Assembly: GCA_032718475.1 (NCBI GenBank)
Contig: JAUCBJ010007473.1
Coordinates: 20,303 to 84,302 of the forward strand
Length of the DNA stretch: 64,000 bases
Direction of reading: 5' to 3'
Source: Nemertoderma westbladi
Lineage: Eukaryota > Animalia > Xenacoelomorpha
Below, one piece after another: positions 24,586 to 39,100 of this stretch; the stretch's first letter is position 1; each line of letters opens with the position of its first letter. Position numbers and translations under genes: made by a program. Below the pieces are notes generated by a model. That model worked only from the letters and a program-made list of their open reading frames with translations. It ran no database searches and was not told the origin of the DNA.

Positions 24586-25500
24586 GTTGATACCATATTT
24601 TATGTTAGTAACACTGAACCTATATTAGGATCAATACAAAAGATAGTAGACAAACATACACCTATTCTAAGAACAGACATCAGGACCAAGCAACTCATTG
24701 ACTCTTATAAAATAGTAAATATTAACCGTAGGGCCCCTACGCTAAAGGGAATTTTAGCTCCATCCAGTTTAACATCAAAGCAGAAGAACCAGGCAAATAC
24801 CACACATGCTGGATCTAAAAAATGTACAAGACAGAAATGTATACCATGTGAAGCGATAAAACCAACAAAACAATTCGGATTAAACTCGACCCGTTTGAAA
24901 ACTAAATATGAAATTAAACAGCGCCTTACCTGTGATGACAAAGATATAATATATTTAGCAAAATGTAAAATATGTAACTTACAAGGAATCGGATCAACAG
25001 AAACATTTAAACCAAGGCTATCACAATATAAGTGTAATATAAAGAATCATAAGCCACAAACGACTATAGAGAAACATTTTTTTAAAAATAAAAACCATGA
25101 TTTTTCGCATTTCGAAATAACACCCATTGAAAAGGTCCATTACAAAGGCAGGGGAAAGAAAGATCAGCGACGGGAGATCCGTACAAGGGAAGGATACTGG
25201 CAGTTCACCTTAAGAACAATCAAGCCATTTGGTCTCAACACTATAAATGAAGCGGTTTGCAATAATTTCGGCTTAGACGTATTTAATCCAGATTAGAGAA
25301 CTCATTATGTAGACTAATGTACTGTAGACGCTTAATTTTCATGGAAACTGTAATGAATTAGCTATTTATTTATTTAATTATTTAAATCACTTGAAAAAGA
25401 AATATTATATTATTTCGAAAGCTTGTGTAATTTCTTATAATTTTTATTTAACATGGTTGATCTTGGTTTCCTTACAATTATATTTATATATTTTATATAT
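24586..25500 (+). mobile_element. 5'-truncated Penelope-like element (Neptune-like), GIY-YIG endonuclease
   Basis: Frame open from ~24586 to 25296: Cys linker CTRQKCIPC...C, IIYLAKC..C..GIGST, HF, RE..W..L.T..P.GLN; flanked by (TA)n. Confidence 0.88.
25388..25427 (+). ncRNA. Minimal hammerhead-like ribozyme (variant core)
   Basis: CAC-TTGAAAA-A-GAAATA/TATTTC stem-GAAA-GCTT-GTG in the Penelope 3' UTR. Confidence 0.55.
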
Positions 25501-25759
25501 ATATCAACTATATATATGAAACACATAACTATATGACAAATTATTATTACGATTTATATTGGAAAGGAGTATATTTGATATTAATAATCTGATTTATATT
25601 TGATGAAAGTGATTACAATTTAAAATAGGTAGTAACTTTGTGTATGTATGCGATTTATTTGAAAGTGATATTGAATTAATAATATTGCATCGTAACTAGA
25701 GTTGAAACAAAGACTTTAACCTAACCATACATATAATGTACACGTAAGCTTTATATTTA

Positions 25760-26920
25760 AAGTAAATACGATTTATATTTGAAAGTAAATACCGATTTGA
25801 AAGTGAATACCCGTACGATTTATATTTGAAAATAATTACCAGTACAATTTATATTTGAAAGTGATTACCGGTATGATTTATATTTGAAGTGATTACCGGT
25901 TCAATTTATATTTGAAAGTGATTACCGGTACGATTTATATTTGAAGTGATTACCGGTTTGATTTATATTTGAGAGTGACTACCGGTTCGATTTATATTTG
26001 AAAGTGATTACCGGTTCGATTTATATTTGAAAGTGATTACCGGTTCGATTTATATTTGAAGTGATTACCGGTTCGATTTATATTTGAAGTGATTACCGGT
26101 TCGATTTATATTTGAAAGTGATTACCAGTTCGATTTATATTTGAAAGTGATTACCGGTTCGATTTATATTTGAAAGTGATTACCGGTTCGATTTATATTT
26201 GAAGTGATTACGGGTTCGATTTATATTTGAAAGTGATTACCGGTTCGATTTATATTTGAAGTGATTACCGGTTCGATTTATATTTGAAAGTGATTACCGG
26301 TACGATTTATATTTGAAGTGATTACCGGTTTGATTTATATTTGAAAGTGATTACCGGTACGATTTATATTTGAAGTGATTACCGGTTTGATTTATATTTG
26401 AAAGTGATTACCGGTACGATTTATATTTGAAGTAATTACCAGTTCGATTTATATTTGAAAGTGACTACCGGTTTGATTTATATTTGAAAGTGATTACTGG
26501 TTCGATTTATATTTGAAAGTGATTACCGGTTCGATTTATATTTGAAAGTGATTACCGGTTCGATTTATATTTGAAGTGATTACCGGTTCGATTTATATTT
26601 GAAAGTGATTACCGGTTCGATTTATATTTGAAGTGATTACCGGTTCGATTTATGTTTGAAAGTGATTACTGGTTCGATTTATATTTGAAAGTGAATACCA
26701 GTTCAATTTATATTTGAAAGTGATTACCGGTTCGATTTATATTTGAAGTGATTACCGGTTCGATTTATATTTGAAAGTGATTACCGGTTCGATTTATATT
26801 TGAAGTGATTACCGGTTCGATTTATATTTGAAAGTGATTACCGGTACGATTTATATTTGAAAGTGATTACTGGTACGATTTATTTATATTTGAAAGTTAA
26901 TACGATTTATATTTGACAGT
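25760..26920. repeat. 28/29-bp tandem array
   Basis: CGATTTATATTTGA(A)AGTGATTACCGGTT units with degenerate edges. Confidence 0.96.
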
Positions 26921-27209
26921 AGTAATATTGCCTCTGTGTGTATGTACTGTATATACAACTTATAATAGGTGCCAGTAATACCCATTCCGTTATTACTGCT
27001 ACTACTACTCATTAATTATAAATTAAGGAGAGTGATTGTGTTTAATTACTAACCCTTTTGGGATACTAGACCAGTACCCGGTTTTATTTAGTCCCCATTA
27101 TATTTCCTACTTATTTTGCAGTATGTTTGTACAGTTCGTACAGTTTGTAGGTCTATTTGGTATAGCTCTTGCAGCTTGTTTTTTATTTTTTTTCCCTTGC
27201 TTGTCTACC

Positions 27210-27395
27210 TACTATGTCAATCAATCCCACCACCCCCCCCCCCACCCCCAATCCCCTACCCGCCCCAGACTTACTTGTTACTTCTGCTACTCTAAATTTG
27301 GCCGCACCGATAAAACTTTCAATTGCTATTTATGTAATAATAATTTTCATTTTCCCTGTGGAACCCATCTAGCCCCCAGTAACGTCAGCGACTTA
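27210..27395 (+). pseudogene. PHD-finger-like fragment, probably from a LINE
   Basis: CYFC...CYLCNNNFHFPC; cut by the adjacent LINE tail. Confidence 0.45.
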
Positions 27396-30300
27396 TAATA
27401 AATAATAATAATTGTTTATTCCAGGACCCCCAAGTTTCCCTGGTGTCCCATAACGTACATGGCCTATAGTTCTAGCATAAACCAAAAGTAGAGTAAAGTA
27501 ATGTAGTAAGGAAACACAATTGTATGTACACGTAATAAATTAATAAGACCATTATTCAGCCCAATTTCTTAAAACAGACATCCCCATGATTCTACTATGG
27601 CAGCAAGTGGTCATAATAGTTGCCTGTACGAGGCTATTCGGGCAACTATATGCACGGCCTAAAAAAGACGTTATAGCCCCCGATCTAATATGAATAAACT
27701 TTGGTAACCCCATGCTACCAAACATATACGAAGCACTGCACCCCCATGGAAATTTGAATAACCTCCTTGCTGTATTATTATACGCTACCCTAAACTTATT
27801 ACGCACCATGCTAGAATAATTTGACCTGGCCCACAGATAATTACAGTATACCTGGGTTCAAAAACTACGAAATAATTTAATTTTTACCGTAACCGAGCAC
27901 CCCCCGAATTTCCTAATTATAATATTTGCACGCCTATAAAAACTACGAAGTTGATTGTAAATATCAAAATCATCATCGGTAGAGCTACACAGGATGTGCC
28001 CTAAGTACTTTACCTCTGACACTACTTCAATATTAAGACCATTAATTGTAACCTGACCGACATCTGTATTCTTCGCACATTTTGGAAAATGAAATAAGCA
28101 CTTGGTTTTCTTACAATTTACTTTTATACAATGTTCTAATGCGTACGATTCAAAAATATGAAGTAACTTTTGTAACCCATTAATCGAATTCGAACATATC
28201 GCTAAGTCATCCGCGTACATTAAATTATTAATACGGACCCCTGACATTTGACACCCTATCCCCGAATTAGAAAGTTCCTTACTTAGGTCATCTATATAAA
28301 CACTATACAGGTACGGCGATAATATCCCACCCTGTTTCGTACCATTTGAAACCTGAAAACTCTCTGATATGCACTCCCCCCATTTTACAAAAAGAACCTG
28401 TGATCTATACCACATACATAATACCCTAATATAAAATAACGGAACACCCCTATTTATCAGTTTCCGAAATAACTTTCGAAGGCTTTCGAACTGTCAATAA
28501 AACAAACATACACAGCACTATCATTATCCAGGTAATACTGTACCATTTCTTTAAGTGTAAAAATACACAAATCAGTCCCTGAGCCTTTCTTAAAACCAAA
28601 TTGTGAATCCGATGTAAATAACTTATCACAGAAATGTTCTAAGTAAACCAATTCTAATACTTTGCTATATACCGTAGAAATAGCGATACCCCTATAATTA
28701 TCGACGCTGGTTATGTCAGACGATTTGGAATGCAATACCACATAAATTTAAACTTAAAAATTCAAAACACTGTTTTTCTGCCTCATACAAAAAACAATTA
28801 CTCTCCACTCTCCCATAAACTTAACTAAACAGTTCTTCTCCAAAAAAATATAAAATTACAAAACTAATCCGAATACTGAATTTATCGTTAAAAAAAATAA
28901 AAAAAAAAAAAAAACTCTCATATTCCTTTATTAAATTTAAACAATAAGTAATAAATATAATGTTTAACCTTGGCTTGAATGCTGCAATGCAGGAACCGAC
29001 ACAAAAAAACTCCAGTACGTAACTACAATTAATGCTCATTAATAAATTGAATTCGATTGTAGAGTTGCTGCTGCGCCACCGTAGAGTCGCTTTACCCTTA
29101 ACTAACTTATCTACAGCAAAAACAATTTCTATAGGTTTCACAATCATTTCTGCACTAAATTTAATATCTGATAAAGCACCTTCTACAAACTCTTTGTGAA
29201 CATCTGCCTGCTTTGAGTTATATAAATTTTCAAATTTATTTTTAAAAAGGTTACACACATTTTCCTCACCTACGGCGTCACACACTTTATTTGATAAAGG
29301 AGTACTGGAACCGCTGAGCTTTCGGACATTCGACCAAAACTCTTTCTGATTGGTTGAGTAAACTGACTCAGCCAGCTTGTCACTTTTTATCTTAGCTACA
29401 TTTCGCCTAGCGTTCCGCATACTCCTTTTAAATTCAAGTTTGGTTTGCATATACTCATCAAATATATTACCTTGCCTGGGACACCCATTCGAGCGCCACA
29501 CGCGAAACATTAGCCTTGAATAATTATATCTATCTTTCAAATACTCATTCCAACCGGGAATGTTCTTACTATTATCTATACCAACACCACCGCGTCTAAT
29601 TGGAATGCATTGCGCTGCAGCATCTAGCATAGCTTTGGTGATATTGTTATGATAATTATCTACTAAACATTTATGTACCGTACACTTGCTATTGCGACAT
29701 TGTAAGGCCGCTAATGGCACCACAATCTCTGACAACAATTTAGATAATGTCAACTCATATTGTTGACATTGAAGCGGTGTTGCTTTACTCCAATCAAAAA
29801 CACGAACATTCGGGCTACTCGCAGCATGCGACGTGGTACCGGTTGTCTGGAAAAGAGTAGCCGGAACAGATATATTGCACGAAATCGGGGAATGATCATC
29901 TACAGATAATTCATGATGAACATAAAAATTATTGATACACGGTAATAAGGAACCGGTACATACTGCATGGTCAAGCCACGAGCGAGACCCATGGGCGGCA
30001 CTAACGTAAGTATCAGTACCTACTGGCAAATTCATTACATCACATAAATGCAAGTTACTATCACTGCACCAATCGGATACGTAAGTAAAAAATTCAGTGT
30101 TAATATCCGCATTAAAATCCCCAAAAACTAAACAATAATATGGTGTATTAGCACAGTCAGTGATTGCACTAATACGGCCAAGATAATCTAGAAATTCAGC
30201 CTCATTATCCTTACACTGATAGGGTAAGTATATATTGAGAAGCAAAATGTACTGATCATTGTGTAATTTAATTTTCACCCCCAAAATTCTGTTATCATCA

Positions 30301-30611
30301 TACTTCACACACTCTATGGCAGCTGCAATACTGCGCTTATATAGTATCGCGAGACCACCAAAAGGTCGCCCTCTCAGTAGTCCAGCGCTATAATCCACAG
30401 GCGAAATACCTACGGCTAAGTAGCGGTTATCAATGCTCCCCAAAAAACTGAGATCCTGGACTGGGAGCATGTGCTCCTGTAAAATAATTATATCCTTCGA
30501 TTGATTGCACAACTCCCTAATGGTGTTCATTGAATCTAGCGTCCTAACCGAATTACAATTATAAGATACAATATTCAAATTAGCCATTTTAAAAAAAATA
30601 AGAAAATTAGA
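27396..30611 (-). mobile_element. APE-RT LINE ORF2 (clade uncertain), disrupted
   Basis: SYNCN, LQEH, GDFNAD, LDH, DDHSP; YRGIA, QFGF, QGGILSP, YADD. An unrelated ~340 bp AT-rich segment at ~28745-29085 replaces part of the ORF. Confidence 0.9.
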
Positions 30612-31134
30612 AACGAGAGAAAGCCGCCCCAATATTAGATTATTACAACAACATATCCATTGGGTAAGAAAGTGGAGGAGAGCCAGCCCGTCTCTTAATT
30701 TTTTACTTTATATTACGCGATCAATTTTCACTCATCTCGTCATGAACCCAACATGTATGTAACCTTTTGTTAAATTTGTTGGCTATGCGTTTGCGGTTGT
30801 TTGGGCGGAGTGTGGTAGGCCTACACTTTTCACACTTAAATATTTTGGTTGTGAAATGTTACAGGGCATAGCGATCTGAGATATTTTATATATATTTTAT
30901 TATGAGAGGAAGAAGAACATATTTACATATAGAACGTTATTTACTATGTAACAAAATAATTGTTTTCGGGTTTAACTTGGAAGCCTCCCCAAATAGTTGA
31001 TATACAATTATATTTAAAATTATTTCCATGGTCATGGTCATTCACCCGTCTTTAGTTAGAAATTTGTTTGCATGAAAGACAGTTTAGTTTTTACTGATTT
31101 ATTATCTCTTATCTGACTGGGGTAATAATAAAGG
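30612..31134. mobile_element. ~520 bp non-autonomous interspersed element, copy 2
   Basis: Reverse complement of 5687-6205. Confidence 0.8.
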
Positions 31135-32118
31135 ATAGGATAAATGGAAGCAAAGTGTGACAGTAACAAATATTTCCCCGTCACCCTAGCATGTCTTAAG
31201 TATATGATATATCAAAGGGGGAAGTTTGGATTCACTGCATAAATGCAGTTCACCAAACTTCCCCCGAATGCACACTGTAACTTCCCCCTTCCCCCAAATA
31301 TCCACTGTTGAATTAATTTGAAGCGATATAATAAGTACAAAATTGTGCGAGTTTTTAATTGTGTGGTCCATTTGTTATTTGATCTCTATTTATTATTTAA
31401 AGTGCATTTAATATCACACTGGTTTTTAGAATATTATACTATACAACCTTATGTTTTATTAATTTACCCAATCGAAGCCTCATAAGGGCCGGTTATTTGT
31501 ACGCATATCCCCTAATGCGCTCAGTAAGGTTCAAACAACATTAATATGAAAATAAAATATCTGCAAAGAAAATAACCCAATACTATATAATTTGACCTTA
31601 TTAAAAAATTTGCACTTTTGCACACTTATTTGTACAAATGCACTTTAGCAGATCGTAATGGTGGCTCTTATTTAACAAACTTATGTTTATCCTCTACCGA
31701 TCTACGATGGTGTATGATCAAGTGTCAGTCGCTAAAAGTGTCAAAAATCCAATTTAATAAATCTGGATTTGCGATTTTGGACCATATTCATGGACATTTT
31801 AAGTCACTTTATAGACATAAAAAGTTAAACAAATGTTACGATTATAGTTAGAAATCATTCCAAACTACATTTTAATCCAAAAAATAACATTCTACGATGA
31901 ATAGAACTGCAAATAATAGTGTTTGAAATATCGAAAAAATGTTCACTATTTAAGTGCATTTTGCACTAAATGCACATGCGTCTTTTCCCAAGTTTTATCC
32001 TATTTCACACACTACAATCTATCCTCTATCCAATGAAAAAAGTTTCAGATTAAACGGCCCTGTAAAACCGAAGTTATTTATGTTTAAAAATAGTCACTCG
32101 AAAATTTCAAATTCTCTT

Positions 32119-32192
32119 GGTCACATAGTCTAGTGGTTATCAATCACGTTAATGAAACCTAAGTTCGCGGGTTCGAAATCCAATATTGACCT
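32119..32192 (+). other. tRNA-derived head (Pol III A/B boxes)
   Basis: TAGTCTAGTGG and GGTTCGAAATCC, with GGTCA/TGACC acceptor-like ends; not a perfect cloverleaf. Confidence 0.55.
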
Positions 32193-34342
32193 GACCAATC
32201 CATTCTTACCATGGAGTATCTGGAAGAGGGTGACATAGACGCCGCTTGTATGTCTCTCTCAAGGGCAATCACCGAATCAACGTCTTCCACAAAGCGCTTT
32301 TCCCACCACAAACCTTGGTTCGACAGTGAATGCAGGCAACTAAAGGGAGAGTTAATGGATGTATTCAGACGTAGTAGACATGACAATCAACTGGTCTATT
32401 GGGGTTTACGCCGACGATATAATAATCTAGTGAAATCTAAGCGTGCGGGCTATGAACAGACTGAACTGAGTGAAAAAGTTAAAGATTCAAATATGAACCC
32501 ATGGTTACTGCATAAGTCAAGCAGTCATAGAGTTGCACCCATTGATGCCAATGTCATCGAAAAACATTTCAGTGAGTTGCTAGGGTCTCCAGGGCTTGGC
32601 CCACAAACCCTAGATACTCCAAAACCGGATGACAATGAACTATCAAAAGACGCATGGTACAACAGAGATTTTAAGGATGCAGAAGTTCGAAGCGTTATCG
32701 AGGAAACACCTAACAAAAAAGCCAGTGGCCCAGATGGGATCTACTACGAACACTTAAAGCACCTGGGAATTTTATTAATTGTAACTCTATGCACATTATT
32801 TAATCTATGTTTATCTGCTGGGAAATTACCCTCGGCTTGGAAAAACAGCATAATTAAGTTGCTTTACAAGGGCAGAGGTGGGTTAACGGATCCATCCAAC
32901 TACCGCGGCATTGCTCTCATATGTACTATGCTAAAAGTCTTAACATCAATCATAAACTCGAGGGTCTGCGAGTTTCTAAAAGAAAAAATACCTCCGGAAC
33001 AGTTTGGTTTCTCTAAAGGAAGGTCAACTCGTCAGGCGGTTTCTAAACTACTCTCTGCAATCTCGGGTCGGTCGGGTAACAAAATGTACGTACTTTTTGT
33101 AGACTTCACAAAGGCCTTTACATGGTCAACCGCTCTCTATTACTGGTAAAGTTATATAACTTCGGAATAAAAGGTAAACTCTTCAATTTAATTAAGAACC
33201 TGCTCCAGAATTATATTATCGTCTTTGATGGTCTACGTTTCTCTAGATTTATTCAGCAGCTGCGAGGTATACTCCAAGGTGACTGCTTCTCGCCAACATG
33301 TTTTATTTTATTCTTAGTAGACCTAGCAGATAGTCTCAGAGAAATTGGCAACGACCTATTGTTTATTTTTTACGCAGATGACCTTGTCATTTACTCTGAG
33401 AATCCTGAATTGATTAGAAGAGCACTGGATGTATTATATAATTGGTGTATTAAAAATGGAATGATTGTTAACATGAAGAAATCTAAGATGGTCAAATTTC
33501 GAAAAGCTGGTCGCATAGCCAACACAGACAAATTTTATTTTGGCAACTCATTGATAGAAATAGTGAATGAATACGAGTATCTGGGCTTGACTTTGCAGAC
33601 CTCACAATCCTTTTCTCAACATATTGCGGAGAAGAAACTGAATATTTTCAAGATTATTGGGAGTCTAACTAAATTACACTTAATGTCAGTCCGGTCTGGC
33701 ATGATTATATTTCACGGTAAAATACTTCCCATTATGACATACTGTATACAAGAATTTGGTCCCTTTCTGAACTTGCGAAATTTAAAAGAAATCGACAAAT
33801 GTAAAGCCGCTTTTATCAAACGGCTGCTCAGGATACATACGTCATCATCAGCGACTTTAGCATTAAACTTAGTGGGAGAATCTACGTGTACCGACGACAT
33901 TATCCGGAAATATCCCAACGCTTTTAACCCAGATGTATTTCAACAGTACAGACAATTTCGTGACGAGCGCCAACAGAACTTTATCGACGAAGGTTACACC
34001 AGGGGCCCAGCTTTTCAGTCTTCCACGTGGCGTACAGCTGGACAGCGAAACCGACATGTAGTCACGAGGGCGACAGTCCACGGCTTCCATCACCGACTGT
34101 GTGGGACGGGGATAGGTTTCCACGAACCTGCCGATTCCTGCATCTGCCGGTATTGCAGTCTGAACTAACCGAACTGACTATCCGAACTGGCCAAGATGTG
34201 ACATAATATATTACTGGGATACGCTATTATAAATTACTTTTATTGAGTTATATTAATTCTTATTTATATTTTATCAATTAATTATTAAATAAAACTTTTA
34301 CCCCGACACGGGGTGTAGCTATAAAAAAAAAAAAAAAAAAAA
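32193..34342 (+). mobile_element. 5'-truncated LINE (RT + Cys/His C-terminus) with poly(A) tail
   Basis: KASGPDGI, YRGIAL, QFGF, FVDFTKAF, QGDCFSP, YADD; frameshift at ~33120; A-run at 34323-34342. Confidence 0.92.
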
Positions 34343-35860
34343 TTTAAATTATTTTTATTTTTTCACTAAAATCGCTCTAACTTCGGTTCTGGTGGTCCAA
34401 ATTCAATAAAATTGGTATATTCTTTGCCGTAATTTTTTTCTTAATCTTTTGAGAAGGGGTTATTTTTGGCCCCAAAAAAATTAAAAAAAAGGGCCAAAAT
34501 AACGCGATATTTTTCGACCCTTAAAATTCGTAATTTTAATTATATATGTTAAGATAAAAGATAGCGGAGTTAATTTGATGCTTTTTACCGGTACTTTTGG
34601 CGCAATACGCTAAATTATAATGGAATAGCGATTCGTTAAAAAAAAAAATTTTTCGTCCCTTTTTATAAATATTATATTTCACACGATCGCATGCCGCTCC
34701 AGTTTTATAATACCTCCGGCGCTGTAATTAACGCTGTTAGATAGATAATTTAACGCACTATAAGTCTGTGTAAACAAGTCTCCCGTAAGTTAAGTAGTTT
34801 TCGAGCTAGACGATTTCCCGCGAAGCAAGTTTGAAGCGCGAAATTATAATTTTGGCCCTCATTTTTTTAATATCATCCTTGGAGCAAAACCGATAGCATA
34901 TTTGAATTCCCCGTATGGATATTGACTGTATAGAATGTACCTTAACCAACTAAAGTTAAAAATAAAAAATTATTCGATAAAAACTAATTTACAAATTCTG
35001 GCCCTTTTTGGCCCCTATTGCCGACATATTTTTTGTACCCCCATTCGATAGGAACGTAGCCCCAATGGTCTTCTACGAGTTTCATAAAAGAATTAGTGGA
35101 TTCCTACCCGCGTTGTCGAATTAAACATTTCGGAAATAAGTTTTCCAAAAAAGACGGACAAAAACGTACAAATTTACAGCCCCTTTTTCCACCCGAAATT
35201 TTAATAAATATCTTACCCCCATTCGATACGAAGGTAGTAACACTCTTCCCCTTTCCAACCGCGTTACTTTCGTCCCCGTACGATTAATATTAGCCGAGTT
35301 ATAGCGGATCCCGCAAAGTCATTTTGTCCGTTTTTTCAACTTTGACGGACATTTTCGGAAAAAAGGCGTGGTAATCTTTTTGAAAAAAAAACGAATTCAC
35401 TAATTAATCCCTTCTATCGTATCCCGGCGTCGGCTAAGCAATAACCTAGGGTTTTTTCGAGCCACTGTAGAGCGCCTTTCAAAAAAATTTTAAAATTGTC
35501 GAAAAATGACGGTTTTTTGTCCGCCGTGTCCGTCGAGGGGATAGATTTGCTAATGTTAGAGTTGCTAATATCTTAGAATTCCGAGCCGCTCCCCTGGTGA
35601 GAAAATAAAAAAATTTGGTCAGTTCCTTCATCGAAAAGTCCCCCAGAATCCCAAGTTAACCTATATAGTTAGCGATGGCCTGCGGCTTTAGGAGCGGCCG
35701 CGGTATTCACCTCCCTCATAGCGGCCGCGGCGGTGTTGCGTCAAATGGAGAAATATTTATCCCACCAAGGAAAAACCAATCATTATATACAATAACACAA
35801 TAAACAAACAATATATACAATAATTATACTATATCTTCGAATAGCACAGTTAGTTACGCA

Positions 35861-36133
35861 TTAGACGGGCGTCGGCGTCGTTACATTCACAGAATTACCC
35901 GCGGTGCCGTTCGCCGGAAGAAACTCGGCTACCGGTTTGGCAGCTCCTCTCCAGTACCCTACAAAGGGCCTAATATGACTATACTTGGGCCAGTTATTAC
36001 CGTCGAGTAGTTGTTCCACCTCCTCGGACTTACATGTGATGACAAAGGAGCTAAACCCTTTCACCCTGCCACCTTCTTCATCTGTCTTTCCGATAGGATC
36101 ACAACTCACAGCAAACCCTAGAGTAGCTTCAAC
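35861..36133 (-). pseudogene. LINE ORF1 C-terminal fragment
   Basis: SSFVIT...LLDGNNWP....IRPF motif; cut by the adjacent LINE. Confidence 0.55.
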
Positions 36134-36134
36134 G

Positions 36135-39100
36135 TGGTTAGCGTTGAATTATCCCGTGCAACCAACAACCTGTTTTGCATCTACTGTTATCGTGAAATTT
36201 TTCCTTTTACCGATGTTGACCAAAATGATGCTAACATTTTTGAACCTATATCTACAGCTCAAAATAACATTACTTCTGATTCAGATCCCGACAATTCAAC
36301 CTTTCTAAATCAAACGTTCAGTCAACTTGACCCTCATAACAATATAATAAACTTAAACATCAGCAAAGGCAGCTATTCCGAAGAGGATTTTAACTTAGAG
36401 TTTAATACTATTAACAAAAAATCATCCCTTTCAGTATTTCACGTAAATATTAGAAGCTTAAATGCAAATAAATCAGCAATTACTGACTTTTTACTTACAT
36501 TGAACTCTGGGTTCGACATCCTTACTTTTTCGGAAACTTTTATCACGGACAATGATGCACTTGACTTAATAAAATTCTACGGATATCACGAACCTATTCT
36601 TAATAATCGAACTGTAGGTATTCTTCACCGGGGAGGCACAGCTATTTTCGTTAAAGACAATATTGAAATTTCAGAAAGAACAGATTTAAAAATTAAATAT
36701 TCCGGCCTTGAAAACACATGGGCACAAATAAACCGCCCCCATTCCAAACCCCTTATAATTGGTACCATCTACAGACCTGATCCCATTACAATAGATACCT
36801 TCCTCCCTCTTCTTGAGTCTAGGCTATCATCACTAACTGACCTAAAACATGACGTCATCATCACAGGTGATTTCAACATAGATTTACTAAAATCTACTAC
36901 AATCTCCAAAAAATATATCGACCTCCTCCATTCCCATGGCTTTATCCAATTAATAAACCAACCAACCCGCATTACACAATGGTCCAAAACTCTAATCGAT
37001 CATATGATTACAAATATCACGACATCCATTTCCCATGCTGGTACATTCCAATCTAAGATAGGCACATCTGATCACCAACCCACATTTGTTATCCTTCAGA
37101 AGTACTCTTGTTACTTCGAAAGAGATAAAACCCATTCGGTTTTTGATTTTTCTGACTATAATCAAACCCAATTCGTAAGTGATATTACATCATCCAACAC
37201 CTGGTCCTATAACTCATCCTCCGTCCCCCATAATGATAAATTTAACGTCTTTTATAGCGACCTTGAAAAATTATGCTCTTCCTATGTCACCAAAAAAAAT
37301 ATACGTCCCAAACTAATCGCACAAAAGCCATGGATGACCCCTAATCTAATCAAATGCACAATTAAAAAAACACTTTATACCGCAAATTTGTAAGACACCC
37401 AACTGACTCTAACCGCAACACATTCAATAAATACAGAAACAAATTAACATCTACTCTACGGGCGGCTGAAAAAACATACTATGATACACAATTCAAATTA
37501 CATTCTAAAAACATTCGTAAAACCTGGATTATAATAAATTCTGCACTAAATAGATCGACTAAACTTAATCTACCTAAAATACTAACTATTCGCACTGGAG
37601 ACATTACTGAAACGGTAACCGACACGGAACGCATCGCAAATATCCTAAACACCCACTTCGCTACAATAGGACCTAAGCTTGCTAAAGAAATACACAAATT
37701 CACCACGTTCACCTCTCCGTTATATAAATCGTAATCAACCAAATTCCTTTGTTTTAACTGAAACTTCCCCTGTAGAAGTAGAGTACCGCTTACTGCAACT
37801 TGACCCTAATTCTTCCTCGAATGACCAATTCCCAACCAAATTATTATTACACGCTGCAAAACCGCTATCAATTCACCTAAGCTATTTAATTAACCTGTCT
37901 ATTACCCAAGGCTTCTTCCCCAGTGCACTCAAACCAGCTAAAATTATTCCTATTTACAAAGGCAATGACCCAACAGACTCCAATAATTACAGGCCAATAT
38001 CTCTTCTTCCAGTACTAACAAAAATATTCGAACAAATAATAAACTCGCAACTGCAATCGTATTTAACTAAGTATTCAGTTCTAACAACTTCCCAGTATGG
38101 CTTCCGCCCTAGAACCTCAACCTCCCACGCTCTTCTATCAATAATTGAAAAAATTCACCGTTCTCTCGATGACAAAAATTCAACATGTGCGATATATATT
38201 GACCTAAAGAAAGCCTTTGACACCATTGACCACCCGATCTTACTACGCAAACTAGACTGTTACGGCATTCGAGGAATCCCCAATCAACTCTTATCCAGTT
38301 TTCTAACGGGCAGAACTCAACAAGTATGTATCAGTAACAAACTATCTGCTATTGAACCCCTCCTCTGTGGTGTTCCTCAAGGTTCGGTAATCTCACCTAT
38401 TCTCTTTCTCCTCTACATTAATGACCTACCTAACGCTACCAATCTATTATCCACCCTTTTCGCTGACGACACCACCCTCCTCCATTCTAACCCAGAAATC
38501 CATCAACTCATCGATCAAACAAACTTTGAACTAAACAAACTATCTGATTGGCTGAACGCTAATCGACTATCTCTAAACCTAAAGAAAACTGAATACACTA
38601 TATTCTCTAATACAATAACAAACTTATCCACCCAGATTCCATGCTGCGAAATTAAAAATAATCAAATTAAATTTTCAACAAACTCCAAAATCCTTGGCAT
38701 CTGGGTGGATAGCAAACCAAATTGGAAGCCTCATGTAAACTTCATAATTAAAAAAATATCTAAAATCTCTGGAATTTTCTACAAATTGCGCTATATCTTC
38801 CCTCTAAATATTCTACGTCAACTTTATTTCACCCTAATTCACCCTTACATACAGTACGGTATTCTACTTTGGGGAAGTACTCATTCCACCACCCTTCATC
38901 CACTTAGAGTTAAAATAAACAAAATTATCAGATGCATTACTTTCAGTCACTCACAATCGTCCTCTGCGCCTCTATACAAATCACTACGAATTCTACCTTT
39001 AAACTTACTGTATAAACACCAGGCCGGCCTTTTCATGCATGATATCCACCACCACATTATAAGCCCCACCTCTGAACTCGGTTCTATATTTACTAAAACT

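Noticed and set aside
32119-32192. Functional tRNA gene
   Set aside because: Anticodon and T stems do not pair properly
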